DNA of 64,000 nucleotides, from NCBI GenBank assembly GCA_050252715.1, contig JBFWKK010000001.1, forward strand, positions 4,256-68,255, given 5' to 3'. Position 1 is the first letter of the stretch. Each line of letters starts with the position of its first letter. This DNA comes from Sphaerochaeta sp. GTDB taxonomy: Bacteria > Spirochaetota > Spirochaetia > Sphaerochaetales > Sphaerochaetaceae. A program made the translations under genes and the position numbers. A model generated the notes under the pieces. That model worked only from the letters and a program-made list of their open reading frames with translations, was not told where the DNA came from and ran no database searches. Shown here piece after piece: positions 1 to 9,518 of the stretch.

Positions 1-1
1 T

Positions 2-769
2 GTCTCCACCCTGAGATCCATGCCACCGGGGAGGAAGAGTGTTATAACCCACTTGGTCAATGAACAGAGCAGAAAGAGGATGTACCAAGCGGTAGGAGTC
101 GAGTTCAAGCGGGGACACCAGGCCTATTTCGTCTATCCAAGAATTGATGATAGCGGGCAGAGTGACCTGAGGGATGTACTGTCCATGTATGATTTTCTCA
201 AAGGAGAGTATCCAGATGTACCCTCTGCCCTCATCCACAGCAAGCTCGATGAGGATGAGAAGGTCACCATCCTCAAGGAGTACCAGAGAGGGAATTTGGG
301 ATATCTTGTCTCCACCAGTGTGGTTGAGGTGGGTATCGACATTCCCAATGCCACCTGTATGGTCATTGAGCATGCAGAACGGTTCGGCCTTTCCGCTCTG
401 CACCAGTTACGGGGAAGGGTCGGTCGTTCTGATCTGCAATCCTACTGTTTCCTCGTCTTCTCGAATGAACTGACAGAGGAGGCTAAGCAGCGGCTGAAAG
501 TCATGAAAGAGTCCAATGACGGATTCTATATTGCTGAGCAGGATTTGCTTATCAGGGGGCCTGGTGAGTTGACCGGAACCAAGCAATCAGGCTACCTCAA
601 GCTTGCCTATGCATCCCTCACTGACGATCTTCCCCTCATTGAAATAGCTCGTGATGAAGCTGACCGAATCCTTGCCGTCGACCCTGGTCTTCTAAAACCC
701 CAGCTCTCATGCATCAGGGATGTACTGAGGGTTGCCCCTCCCTTCAATCAGGAAGGAAGTGAGGTGTAA
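2..769 (+). CDS. recG: ATP-dependent DNA helicase RecG, C-terminal part (5' end outside window)
   Basis: Helicase motifs STSVVEVGIDIPNAT, HAERFGLSALHQLRGRVGR and TRG motif DGFYIAEQDLLIRGPGE; frame is open from base 2. Confidence 0.95.
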   Translation, partial: VSTLRSMPPGRKSVITHLVNEQSRKRMYQAVGVEFKRGHQAYFVYPRIDDSGQSDLRDVLSMYDFLKGEYPDVPSALIHSKLDEDEKVTILKEYQRGNLGYLVSTSVVEVGIDIPNATCMVIEHAERFGLSALHQLRGRVGRSDLQSYCFLVFSNELTEEAKQRLKVMKESNDGFYIAEQDLLIRGPGELTGTKQSGYLKLAYASLTDDLPLIEIARDEADRILAVDPGLLKPQLSCIRDVLRVAPPFNQEGSEV

Positions 770-820
770 CTTGCACAGATTGGGACAATTCCCTATCATC
801 AGATGCATGAGGCACATGAT

Positions 821-1381
821 ATGCGAATAACCGGAGGAATCTATCGAGGAAGGACCGTGGCATGCCCACCTGGAATTATCAGACCAGCGATGGATATGAT
901 GCGGGAGTCACTGTTCTCCATTCTGGGTAATTTGGACGGCAAGAGCTGGCTTGACCTGTTCACCGGCAGCGGTTGCGTCGGTATCGAGGCAGCAAGCCGG
1001 GGTGCAAGCCTTGTCCATCTGGTGGAGAAAGACCGGCAAAAGAAGGCAACCATCATGGGGAACATCAGCATGGTCGAAAGCGAGATAAAGCTCTTTATGG
1101 CTGATGTAAGGCGCTTTATCCCCACTGCAAAGATGCAGTACGACATCGTCTATGCCGATCCTCCATTCCCAATGCAGGGAAAGGTTGACCTTGCAAAGGC
1201 AGTGGACAAACAGAAGCTCCTCAGACCGGGAGGTTTGTTCATCATCCACTACCCCTCTGAGGAGAAGAACCAGTGGCCGGAAACGGTAGGAGACTTGATC
1301 TGCTACGACCAGAGAAAATACGGGAGAAGCACTCTCCGATTCTACAAAAACACCCAGGACGAGGAACGCTCAGATGTATGA
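821..1381 (+). CDS. rsmD: 16S rRNA m2G966 methyltransferase RsmD
   Basis: MRITGG..RG start, LDLFTGSG SAM motif, DPPF, KYG; follows recG. Start at 821 chosen by family N-terminus (ORF track gives 803). Confidence 0.9.
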   Translation: MRITGGIYRGRTVACPPGIIRPAMDMMRESLFSILGNLDGKSWLDLFTGSGCVGIEAASRGASLVHLVEKDRQKKATIMGNISMVESEIKLFMADVRRFIPTAKMQYDIVYADPPFPMQGKVDLAKAVDKQKLLRPGGLFIIHYPSEEKNQWPETVGDLICYDQRKYGRSTLRFYKNTQDEERSDV

Positions 1382-2204
1382 GGACCTGATTACCATTGAC
1401 TCACAGAACATAGCACACAGTACCTTCACCACCTACAGCTATGAGACCGACTGTTACAGCGATGCAAGGCTCGCGTACTACTTCCAGGTAGTCCAGGAGG
1501 CAGCGGGAATGCATGCCGCCAGTAGGGGATGTTCCATTCCCCAGATGCACAAGGAAGGGAAGACCTGGGTCATAACCCGCAGCAGCATGGACGTGTTTCG
1601 CTATTCCCACTGGCCTGAGACAATTCGCGTGGAGACATGGGCCCAGGAGCCGATCAGGCTCCATCTCCCTCGTGTAGTACGTGCTTATGATGTACAAGGC
1701 AACCTACTCTTCCTTGCAAAAACCTATTGGGCAATTCTGGACCTGGAGCGAGGACGTCCCCAACGACCGAAGGACATGTCGCTGCGTATCGGCTTACCCC
1801 CCGAAGATGACGAGGAACACACCCTGGATCTACGCCTTGAAAACAACAACCATGGACAGCATGAGACACTGCAGCGGCTGAGCTCCTATGCACCAAACAT
1901 TGCCTACCTCGACACAGATCGCAACCTTCATGTAAACAATATTTCCTACCTCTCCTGGGCTTTGGAGAGCCTTCCGTCAGATTTTCGTAACCGCTGCAAG
2001 GTCGCAAAAGTGGATATGTCCTTCCAAAGACAGACCTTCTTGGGTGAAGAACTCATGGTCTATACAGAGAGCAACGACCAAGATGCACTGCAACAGCAAG
2101 AACCGCTTTTGCATCATAGGATCGTACGGAAGGAGCGTGATGGGAGCGAAACGTTGGTATGGATTGGTTCAACTCGGTGGAATACCCGAGAGGCTCTTAC
2201 ATAA
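1374..2204 (+). CDS. Acyl-ACP thioesterase (FatA/B-like, double hotdog)
   Basis: SYETD, QEAAGMHA, WVITR and DTDRNLHVNNISYLSW catalytic motif. Confidence 0.88.
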   Translation: MYEDLITIDSQNIAHSTFTTYSYETDCYSDARLAYYFQVVQEAAGMHAASRGCSIPQMHKEGKTWVITRSSMDVFRYSHWPETIRVETWAQEPIRLHLPRVVRAYDVQGNLLFLAKTYWAILDLERGRPQRPKDMSLRIGLPPEDDEEHTLDLRLENNNHGQHETLQRLSSYAPNIAYLDTDRNLHVNNISYLSWALESLPSDFRNRCKVAKVDMSFQRQTFLGEELMVYTESNDQDALQQQEPLLHHRIVRKERDGSETLVWIGSTRWNTREALT

Positions 2205-3213
2205 AGACCTTTCTCAAGGTAGGCTCCTTACCCAGCAATAGGCCGATGGACTCCTTCACCGGATAGTATCCCTGCTTTGAGTTTGCACTATAGTAGCAGT
2301 ACCAGCAGGCCTCTTCCTTCTTGTAGTGCACATCACAGCTGACGATATACCGGCTTGCCCATCCCGTGGTGGGGGGGACCAAGACCGGGGAACGGAAGGA
2401 TGGCTTGAAGGTAATCCCGTCACTGCTCTCCAGCTGTATCAGTACAGAGGCAGTACGAGAACGCGCTTTGTCCCAGTACATGGCACACTCAAAAGCGATG
2501 TATCCATCCTGGGCAGGCAATACCTTTATGCTGCCGACGGCCATGCTTCTGTATGCGTCGTCAGGATCGGGACTGAGCAAAGGATCCCCCTCATTGGCAA
2601 GTGCATAAGGCCCCTCAATGGTGCTGCCCAAGGCAAGGGCGAAATAGCGGCTGGTCTTCTGCTTGGTATCAGGAAGCAAGAGATGGCTTGCTCCAAAGTA
2701 GAGCCGATACCCTGCACTGTCCTTGATAATCTGTGGGCGGGATATCCTGGGTCGCTTCAACCCTTCTGAAGAGAAGGAGATCTCACGACTATCCAGAATG
2801 ATTTTCGGTTCACTGAAGAGCACAAGATCACTGGAAGAACACATTTCAAAACGACTGTACTTGACCTTTTCCTGTTCCTTTCGCTTGAACCTTCCCTTCC
2901 TTAGGTTGGGCAGTGATGCATTGTGTTTCTCATAGATGAGATAATACACCCCATCTTCCTGATAGATGGAAGGAGAGTGGCCCCTGAGGGCGACCATCTT
3001 TCTCGGTTCCCAGCTGATTCCATTCTCACTGATGAAATGCTCGATTCCCACCCAGGTGTGGCCGAAAAGGTGCCACTTCCCGTCCGGGCTCTCCTCGGGA
3101 AACAAGAAAAACGGGTCACAGAGACGGGGCATGTACCAGATGCTTCTGATTACCGGTTCATCACTGAACGGATACCAGGAGATTCTTGAGAATGTGGAGA
3201 TTCCCTGATCCAT
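2197..3213 (-). CDS. Glycosyl hydrolase family 43/32-like beta-propeller protein
   Basis: CDP..., DGKWHLF, S.DGISW and SSDGITF Asp-box-like repeats, GPY; start MDQG with GAGGA RBS. Confidence 0.55.
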   Translation of the reverse strand: MDQGISTFSRISWYPFSDEPVIRSIWYMPRLCDPFFLFPEESPDGKWHLFGHTWVGIEHFISENGISWEPRKMVALRGHSPSIYQEDGVYYLIYEKHNASLPNLRKGRFKRKEQEKVKYSRFEMCSSSDLVLFSEPKIILDSREISFSSEGLKRPRISRPQIIKDSAGYRLYFGASHLLLPDTKQKTSRYFALALGSTIEGPYALANEGDPLLSPDPDDAYRSMAVGSIKVLPAQDGYIAFECAMYWDKARSRTASVLIQLESSDGITFKPSFRSPVLVPPTTGWASRYIVSCDVHYKKEEACWYCYYSANSKQGYYPVKESIGLLLGKEPTLRKVFM

Positions 3214-3217
3214 GGTA

Positions 3218-3511
3218 TCAGTCCTCACGACGCCGCGGCTTTTTCTTCCTGTTGAAGAGTGGACTGAGATTCTCCTCAAGGTTGTACTTATTGTTCATCC
3301 ACTTGATAATTCTGGAGTATACCCAGAAACTCCCCCCGATGCTCACCAGGAAGGTGAGTCCCAGCCAGAGCGGGATTAGGGAGCTGTTCGGGTCAACAAA
3401 ACGGGTGATGAGCACAAAACAGATGATAAACAACACCATCATCAAGACGATGTTCAGTACGGTTGCCCCCAACATGAACCAAACAGTATTCATTTTCTTA
3501 GACATTGGCAT
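3218..3511 (-). CDS. Small two-TM membrane protein downstream of lspA
   Basis: Two hydrophobic helices and basic C-tail; overlaps lspA stop. Confidence 0.7.
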   Translation of the reverse strand: MPMSKKMNTVWFMLGATVLNIVLMMVLFIICFVLITRFVDPNSSLIPLWLGLTFLVSIGGSFWVYSRIIKWMNNKYNLEENLSPLFNRKKKPRRRED

Positions 3512-4028
3512 CTTCCTTCGTATCAGTATGTTCGAACAGCAGACTCACAGCAAGGAGAATTCCACTGATCACCAGAGAAGCATCGGCGACGTTCCAGGTG
3601 GGCCATCGCTCGAAGCCAAGGAATCCATAGACCTTCACGCTGATGAAATCCACCACCCGGAAGCTCCTAAAAATACGGTCGATCAAATTTCCAATCCCTC
3701 CACCCAGAAAGAGTGCAAGCACCCAACGGTGGAACACAGTGAGATGGATCCTCTTAGAGAAGTATACTACACAGACCGAGACCACCAACAGTACAGGAAC
3801 AATGATGAAGAAGAGAATCTTCACCACGACAGGGAAACTGTCTCCCATGCTGAATGCAATGGCAGTATTTCTCACATGCACAATTGCCAGAAAATCCCCA
3901 AGATAGCGAAAGCCGATTGTATTCTCTGGGATGGTGGCGACAACCCACGCCTTGGAAAGCTGATCTGATACAAGGATGAACAGCGTGAGCAAGAGGGGGA
4001 TGAATCTGCTGGAATATTTTTGTGCCAT
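3498..4028 (-). CDS. lspA: Lipoprotein signal peptidase II
   Basis: DQLSK, N..IAFS, GGIGNLIDR, VVDFI, WPTWNVAD motifs. Confidence 0.95.
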   Translation of the reverse strand: MAQKYSSRFIPLLLTLFILVSDQLSKAWVVATIPENTIGFRYLGDFLAIVHVRNTAIAFSMGDSFPVVVKILFFIIVPVLLVVSVCVVYFSKRIHLTVFHRWVLALFLGGGIGNLIDRIFRSFRVVDFISVKVYGFLGFERWPTWNVADASLVISGILLAVSLLFEHTDTKEDANV

Positions 4029-4041
4029 GGTGTTGACTATA

Positions 4042-4794
4042 CTATAAGCCGGTTGGGTTGGCAATAAAACAAACCTTGAGGTCAAACTTCTCCTTCAGAT
4101 GTGCTGAAAGCGCCTGCACCCCGAAGATTTCACTCTGGTAGTGGCCTCCCCCGATCACGGTGATTCCTGCCTCCATTGCATCGTGGTAGATCTGATGCTC
4201 CACCTCCCCGGTGATGAAGCAATCCAAACCGTCAGACAGTGCTGCATGGACATCACTGCTGGCGCCTCCACTGACAATCCCCACACTCTTGATCGGTGTA
4301 TTCCGGAATGGAAGAATCTGTGGAGTTTCAAAGCCAAGCGTCCTCGCAATCCAATCGGTATTTTTGGGCTGTGCAAACACTCCCTTACAGCCGATCATTG
4401 TCCCCTTGTAAGAAGCAAACGGCTCGATATGCTGGAGACCAAGACGATCAGCCATTACCGCATTGTTTCCTACCACAGGATGGGCATCCAAGGGAAGGTG
4501 TGCAACATAGAGGTCAAGATTCCCATCCAACAGCGTTTTGATCCGGTTGTAATGGGTACCACTAACAGGAAGAGGAGTTCCCCAATAGAGACCATGATGG
4601 GTGATTAGCAGATCGGCTCCCTCTTGAATCGCTCTCTGGAAAGTAGAGAAGCAGGCATCAACGGCGAAGGCGACCTTGCCAACCTGTCTCTCAGGTCCCC
4701 CGACTACCAATCCATTGAGCGATCGATCCAAGCCTCTGAAGGATTCAACTTCCAGAAATACATCAAGATAGGTAACAAGTTCACTTCGTTTCAT
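4042..4794 (-). CDS. Nif3-like dinuclear metal centre protein (DUF34/YbgI)
   Basis: NGL.VGG, THHGLYW, HLPLDAHP..GNN, GGHYQSE. Confidence 0.92.
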   Translation of the reverse strand: MKRSELVTYLDVFLEVESFRGLDRSLNGLVVGGPERQVGKVAFAVDACFSTFQRAIQEGADLLITHHGLYWGTPLPVSGTHYNRIKTLLDGNLDLYVAHLPLDAHPVVGNNAVMADRLGLQHIEPFASYKGTMIGCKGVFAQPKNTDWIARTLGFETPQILPFRNTPIKSVGIVSGGASSDVHAALSDGLDCFITGEVEHQIYHDAMEAGITVIGGGHYQSEIFGVQALSAHLKEKFDLKVCFIANPTGL

Positions 4795-4811
4795 GTGTCC
4801 AGTATATAGAG

Positions 4812-4840
4812 TTGACACCTTTTGTTCCACCACCTATAGT
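4812..4840 (+). promoter_or_regulatory. sigma70-type promoter of the Lon-like gene, leaderless spacing
   Basis: TTGACA-N17-TATAGT, 6 nt before ATG 4847. Confidence 0.8.
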
Positions 4841-4846
4841 TCCCAC

Positions 4847-6883
4847 ATGACTGACACAAAAAAGCGGGTTGGACCGCTGGCCTATGCAGAAGCTTCCTTC
4901 GATTTCGACCCCAATCTCATCCATGAATGTCGCCACTCTGCCAGTAGTGAGCAAATTGTGGGACAACCCCGGGCCCTGAGAAGCCTGGAAGTCGGTCTCA
5001 GCCTCCAGAAATCTGGATACAATATCTTTGTCAGTGGGGAGGCAACCAGCGGAAGACATGAAGCAGTCCGCTACTGTGCTGAACAAGCAAGAAATGATAT
5101 CAGCGGGATACGGGATATTGTCTATCTCTACAACTTCAAGCAACCAGACAGCCCCTCAGCCATTGCTTTCAAGCCAGGAGAGGGTGAACTCTTCTGTGAT
5201 GCATGCAGGGCGTTCAATCAGGATTTGCTTGCAATCGCACGTGAGAAGGAGCAGTTTCTCAAGAGAGCCTCCTCCCTGGTAGACCAGGTTGAACAACAAT
5301 TTCCCGACCATCAGCAACTCTCCACCTACTTTGCCCAGCTTAGGGCAGACCTGGCCAGAGAGAGCGTGCATATCCAACATCTCGATGAGGAAGCGCTCAA
5401 GAGTGATCCCTTTGCAAGGAAATACCAAGCCAATCTCTTGGTCAATCATGCACAGACGAAAAAGCGCCCCCTCATTATTGAGTCCTACCCAACGTTCAAC
5501 AACCTCTTCGGTTCCGTTGATAGTGATGAGAAAATCGCCCACCTGAGCCTCCACGCAGGATCTTTGCTTGAGGCTGCAGGAGGTTTTATCGTCATCGATG
5601 CTGAGAAACTTCTTGGGGAGAGTGGCCTTTGGGAGGCATTGAAACGCTATCTCGATGCCAATGCCTTGGCCTATGAAGGAGGCCTTGTCACCAAGGGAGA
5701 GCTGAAAAGCAAGGCGATCAGGCCACAGGTAGTTCCCCTTCCGATCAAGGTAATCCTCATCGGGAGTGAGGAGGTCTACGATATGCTCAGCGAGGAAGAT
5801 GAGCGTTTCTTGACCCTCTTCAAGATCTGTGCCCAGTTTGACTATGCGATGGAACTCTCCAAGACCACCATCACCGAGAGCATTGCAACCCTGGAAACCT
5901 ATGCAAGGAAACACTCCCTGCTTCCAATTGAGGATAGTGCATTCAGTCAGCTGTTGCGATATTCCTGCTGGTATGTGGAGTCACGCACCCATCTCACAAC
6001 CCACTTCTCCTCTCTCTTTGATGTGCTAGAGGAAGCCCAGTGGTGGGCTCTGCACCAAGGAAAATCCTCTATTGATGGACAGCTTATCCTACGCGTGCAT
6101 GAGGAGCGGGGATACATCAATGGGATCAGTGAGAGCAAAATCAATGAGGAGATACTCTCAGGGGATATGATCATCAGCCTAAGCGGAAATAAGATCGGGG
6201 TGGTCAATGGTCTTGCGGTCATGGACAGGGGCAGCGCTTCCTTTGGAACCCCTACCGTCATATCCTGTACCGCAAGCCCCGGTAATGAAGGTATTGTGAA
6301 CATAGAACATGAGGCAGGGCTCAGTGGAGAGATCCACGACAAGGGACTGCTCATCCTGGAAGGATATCTACGCAAGCACTATGCCCGCACCTTCCCGCTC
6401 TCAATCTATGCGGGCATTGCCTTTGAGCAGTCCTATGCTGAGGTGGATGGAGACAGCGCTTCCTCAAGCGAGCTGCTAGCCCTGCTTTCAGCAATCGGTG
6501 AGCTGCCGGTACGGCAGGACATTGCGGTAACCGGGTCGGTAAACCAGATGGGTTTGATCCAACCGGTTGGGGGAATCAATGAGAAGATTGAGGGATTCTT
6601 CCGAACCTGTCTGGCCACTGGCCTGACAGGAAGGCAGGGAGTGGTGATCCCCAAGCAAAATGTCCGCAATCTTATCCTCCCCTATGAGGTTCTGGAAGCC
6701 ATCAAGGAGAAACAGTTCTTCATCTACCCGGTAAGCACCATCGATGAAGCAATGCACATTCTTACCGGCCGCAGTGTCGGGTTGAGGAATGCAAAGGGCA
6801 ACTGGAGTGCAGGTACGTTCAACTTTGAGATTGAGGATAAACTGAAACGGATGTACTTGGCAGTCTCCTCCAACAGGGGATAG
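4847..6883 (+). CDS. Lon-like S16 protease (LonC/YcbZ-like, degenerate ATPase)
   Basis: GQPRA, AAA_32-like region, VNGL, FEQSY..VDGDSASS catalytic Ser, GGINEKIEGF Lys. Confidence 0.88.
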   Translation: MTDTKKRVGPLAYAEASFDFDPNLIHECRHSASSEQIVGQPRALRSLEVGLSLQKSGYNIFVSGEATSGRHEAVRYCAEQARNDISGIRDIVYLYNFKQPDSPSAIAFKPGEGELFCDACRAFNQDLLAIAREKEQFLKRASSLVDQVEQQFPDHQQLSTYFAQLRADLARESVHIQHLDEEALKSDPFARKYQANLLVNHAQTKKRPLIIESYPTFNNLFGSVDSDEKIAHLSLHAGSLLEAAGGFIVIDAEKLLGESGLWEALKRYLDANALAYEGGLVTKGELKSKAIRPQVVPLPIKVILIGSEEVYDMLSEEDERFLTLFKICAQFDYAMELSKTTITESIATLETYARKHSLLPIEDSAFSQLLRYSCWYVESRTHLTTHFSSLFDVLEEAQWWALHQGKSSIDGQLILRVHEERGYINGISESKINEEILSGDMIISLSGNKIGVVNGLAVMDRGSASFGTPTVISCTASPGNEGIVNIEHEAGLSGEIHDKGLLILEGYLRKHYARTFPLSIYAGIAFEQSYAEVDGDSASSSELLALLSAIGELPVRQDIAVTGSVNQMGLIQPVGGINEKIEGFFRTCLATGLTGRQGVVIPKQNVRNLILPYEVLEAIKEKQFFIYPVSTIDEAMHILTGRSVGLRNAKGNWSAGTFNFEIEDKLKRMYLAVSSNRG

Positions 6884-6885
6884 TC

Positions 6886-7677
6886 CTACAGCCCTTTTTG
6901 GTACCAACTATACAGCATAATTCCCGTAGCGACCGCTACATTGAGTGAACCCTTTGTTCCACCCATTGCCAAGCTAAGCCTCCCCAATGAAGCCTCGCTG
7001 AGGGCAAGCAGAGCTGGGCTGACACCCAGCTCTTCTCCACCAATAATCCCAACACCCTCAGGGGGAAAGGGAAATCGGCTGAGTTCTGTGCCCCCTGTTT
7101 CCAAAGCAAAGATGGGCAGATCACTGATCCTGGATACAATCTCCGATTCACTCACTACCTCATAGTCCACGGTAGAGACACACCCCCTGCTGGTCTTTAT
7201 AAGTCGTGGATGGTCCATTCTGGCACATCCTTCAAGCAGATATATTTTTTGCACGCCAAAGGAGTCTGCAGTGCGGAAGATGGATCCTATGTTGTAGGGG
7301 GATCGGAGTCTATCAAGCACCAAGATATGGGGTAAAACCGTACGGGTTGAGGCATCAAGATTCCCCTTCTCGTCAGTCATATCCCAGTCAGAGGGATCAC
7401 TTCCCAGTACCCCCAGGAGATAGTAATGAATATCCTCCAGGAGGATAACCAAGTCTTTTCCTCTGCTCTCGTTCACACGAGAAGCAAGAAGTGAGAGATG
7501 CTCGCGATCCTCTGGAGCAACGACCTCAACAAACTGTCTCTCTGTAAAGAGTGAGAGCAATCCTGCCAGATATGCACTGTCGCGCTCTTCATCCTGGGCC
7601 AGTTGATGGAACAGACTTGCACACTTTCTTACACAGGTTCGACTTTTCAGGCTCCTAAGCTTCTTCAGGGTTATCAT
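6886..7677 (-). CDS. TrmH/SpoU family RNA methyltransferase
   Basis: LDRLRSPYNIGSIFRTAD, GGEELGV, SLNVAVA SPOUT motifs. Confidence 0.9.
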   Translation of the reverse strand: MITLKKLRSLKSRTCVRKCASLFHQLAQDEERDSAYLAGLLSLFTERQFVEVVAPEDREHLSLLASRVNESRGKDLVILLEDIHYYLLGVLGSDPSDWDMTDEKGNLDASTRTVLPHILVLDRLRSPYNIGSIFRTADSFGVQKIYLLEGCARMDHPRLIKTSRGCVSTVDYEVVSESEIVSRISDLPIFALETGGTELSRFPFPPEGVGIIGGEELGVSPALLALSEASLGRLSLAMGGTKGSLNVAVATGIMLYSWYQKGL

Positions 7678-8362
7678 CGCTATCCTGCACCTGCGGGGGA
7701 GCAACCAAGATGGCGAACTCTCCCTTTACCGATGGTCTTGAGGCAAGCACTTCATGCACGTGCTCTGCGGTTCCTTGCAGGAACTCCTCAAACTTCTTGG
7801 TCATCTCGCGACCCACTACCACCTGACGTTCTGCAGCAAGCTCAGAGAGTTCCATGAGTGTCTTGAGAACCCTAAAGGGAGACTCATAGATAATGAATGC
7901 CTCACTTCTTGCCAACAACTCCTCCAGACGCTTCCTTCTTCTACCCTTCTTCGGGCTGAGAAAGCCTTCGAAGGTGAATGTCTTTCCTACATATCCGGCT
8001 ACACTGACCAGTGCTGATTGTGCTGAGGCCCCAGGGATGGGAACCACAGCATATCCAGCGCTGCGAACCGCGCTCACAACCCGAGCACCTGGGTCGCTAA
8101 TACCAGGGGTGCCTGCATCACTGACAAAGGCAACATCATTGCCCTCACTGAGCAAGCCGACAATACCCTTTGCTGAATTGCTCTCATTATGTGCGTGACA
8201 GGCGATCAGTCGTTTGCTGATACCATAGTGGGTAAGCAACTGCTGGGTGTGCCGGGTATCCTCGCAGGCGATTACTGAAACGCTCTTGAGCGTCTGTACT
8301 GCACGAAAGGTAATATCCTCAAGGTTTCCAATGGGTGTTGCCACCATATACAAGGTACTCAT
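7655..8362 (-). CDS. rsmI: 16S rRNA C1402 2'-O-methyltransferase RsmI
   Basis: LYMVATPIGNLEDIT.RA, CEDTRHT, SDAGTPGISDPG, YESP.R, REMTKKFEE. Confidence 0.96.
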   Translation of the reverse strand: MSTLYMVATPIGNLEDITFRAVQTLKSVSVIACEDTRHTQQLLTHYGISKRLIACHAHNESNSAKGIVGLLSEGNDVAFVSDAGTPGISDPGARVVSAVRSAGYAVVPIPGASAQSALVSVAGYVGKTFTFEGFLSPKKGRRRKRLEELLARSEAFIIYESPFRVLKTLMELSELAAERQVVVGREMTKKFEEFLQGTAEHVHEVLASRPSVKGEFAILVAPPQVQDSDDNPEEA

Positions 8363-8408
8363 GAATGCAGTCTACACGCCTTTCAAGCCCCTTACAAGCC
8401 AACAGGTG

Positions 8409-8445
8409 TGGTCGTATTGGCCAGAGCTGTTGGTATTTTTTACCA
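8409..8445 (+). promoter_or_regulatory. Tandem putative PspF upstream activating sites for pspA1
   Basis: TGGTCGTATTGGCCA (8409-8423) and TGGTATTTTTTACCA (8431-8445); same TGGT-N8-CCA pattern as before pspA2. Confidence 0.6.
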
Positions 8446-8509
8446 AACTCGGTTGTATTTCACCCAATCGTAGGGTAAATCTACTGGAAAAATCCCATAA
8501 AGTGAAAGT

Positions 8510-8525
8510 TGGCACGCCTTCTGCA
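8510..8525 (+). promoter_or_regulatory. sigma54 -24/-12 promoter of pspA1
   Basis: TGGCACGCCTTCTGCA with GG-N10-GC spacing. Confidence 0.88.
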
Positions 8526-8584
8526 TAGAAGTATATGTACCAAATAAACGCAAACAAACAGCCACCTGGTGGCGAAAGGAGACA

Positions 8585-9268
8585 ATGATGCAGATGTTCA
8601 AGAGAATCGCCGATATCTTCAATTCCCACGTAAATAGTGCTTTGGACAAGCTTGAAGACCCGGCAAAAATGATCAACCTGATGATTACTGAACTGGAAGA
8701 GACCCAGAGCAAGGCTCGCTCCTCCATGGCCGCAAGAAAAGCCGAGCAGGCAAGCCTGCAGAGAGAAAAGGAAGAGCTTGAGAAATCCGCCCTTCGCTGG
8801 GAAGACCGTGCCAAGCTCGCCATCACCAATGGACGTGAAGACCTTGCCCGTGAGGCCTTGATCGAGAAGAACAATGCCAAGTCACGGATCAAGCGAATAG
8901 AGGAGCTTGAGGAGAACCTGAAGACCATCCTGGCAAGCCAGAGCAGCCAACTCACCCAGATTGCAGACAAACTCAAGGAAGTAAAGGACAAACAGCAGAT
9001 CCTCGTCCAGAGAGCAAGAAGCGCAAAGGAGAAGAAGCAGGTTGCCGATACCTTGAAAAGCAGTGACAGCACCGACCTGGCCCGCAAGTTCAGTGAGCTG
9101 GAAAGCAAAATTGAACGCATGGAAGCCGATGCTGAGATGGCCGGTTACCATGGGACAACCAGTACCGCCGATGAGTTCAGCAAGTTGGAAAGTGAGAGTG
9201 AGATAGAAGCTGAGATGGAGCAGCTGAAGGCTTCCATGAACAAGAAGAAAGAGAAGGAGCAAAAGTGA
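8585..9268 (+). CDS. pspA: Phage shock protein A, copy 1 (PspA/IM30)
   Basis: MFKRIADIFNSHVNSALDKLEDPAKMINLMI, W...A.LAI..GREDLAREAL coiled coil. Confidence 0.92.
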   Translation: MMQMFKRIADIFNSHVNSALDKLEDPAKMINLMITELEETQSKARSSMAARKAEQASLQREKEELEKSALRWEDRAKLAITNGREDLAREALIEKNNAKSRIKRIEELEENLKTILASQSSQLTQIADKLKEVKDKQQILVQRARSAKEKKQVADTLKSSDSTDLARKFSELESKIERMEADAEMAGYHGTTSTADEFSKLESESEIEAEMEQLKASMNKKKEKEQK

Positions 9269-9462
9269 TGAATTACTATGACAGGACCCTCTACCGAGAA
9301 AGAAGGGGGATGATCCTGGGAGTTTTCCAGGGGCTGGCGACATGGTCGGGACTTCCCGTACTCCTGCTTCGCTCAATTGGGATCATCCTGCTCTTCACCG
9401 TCGGGTTTGTTCCCATGGTAATCGCCTACCTTGGCACAGCACTTATCCTTCCCTCACGTTGA
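9265..9462 (+). CDS. pspC: PspC domain protein, copy 1
   Basis: LYRERRGMILGVFQGLA then TM ending IAYL...LILP. Confidence 0.8.
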   Translation: MMNYYDRTLYRERRGMILGVFQGLATWSGLPVLLLRSIGIILLFTVGFVPMVIAYLGTALILPSR

Positions 9463-9518
9463 CATTCCATGACATGGATCGTATTTCTTCCTTGGACAGG
9501 GCATATGCCCTGTCCTTC

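Noticed and set aside
3186-3968. Long antisense ORFs (this one, and e.g. 5156-5914, 30625-31482, 41792-42628, 52360-53184)
   Set aside because: They shadow well-supported genes on the opposite strand and show no family motifs.
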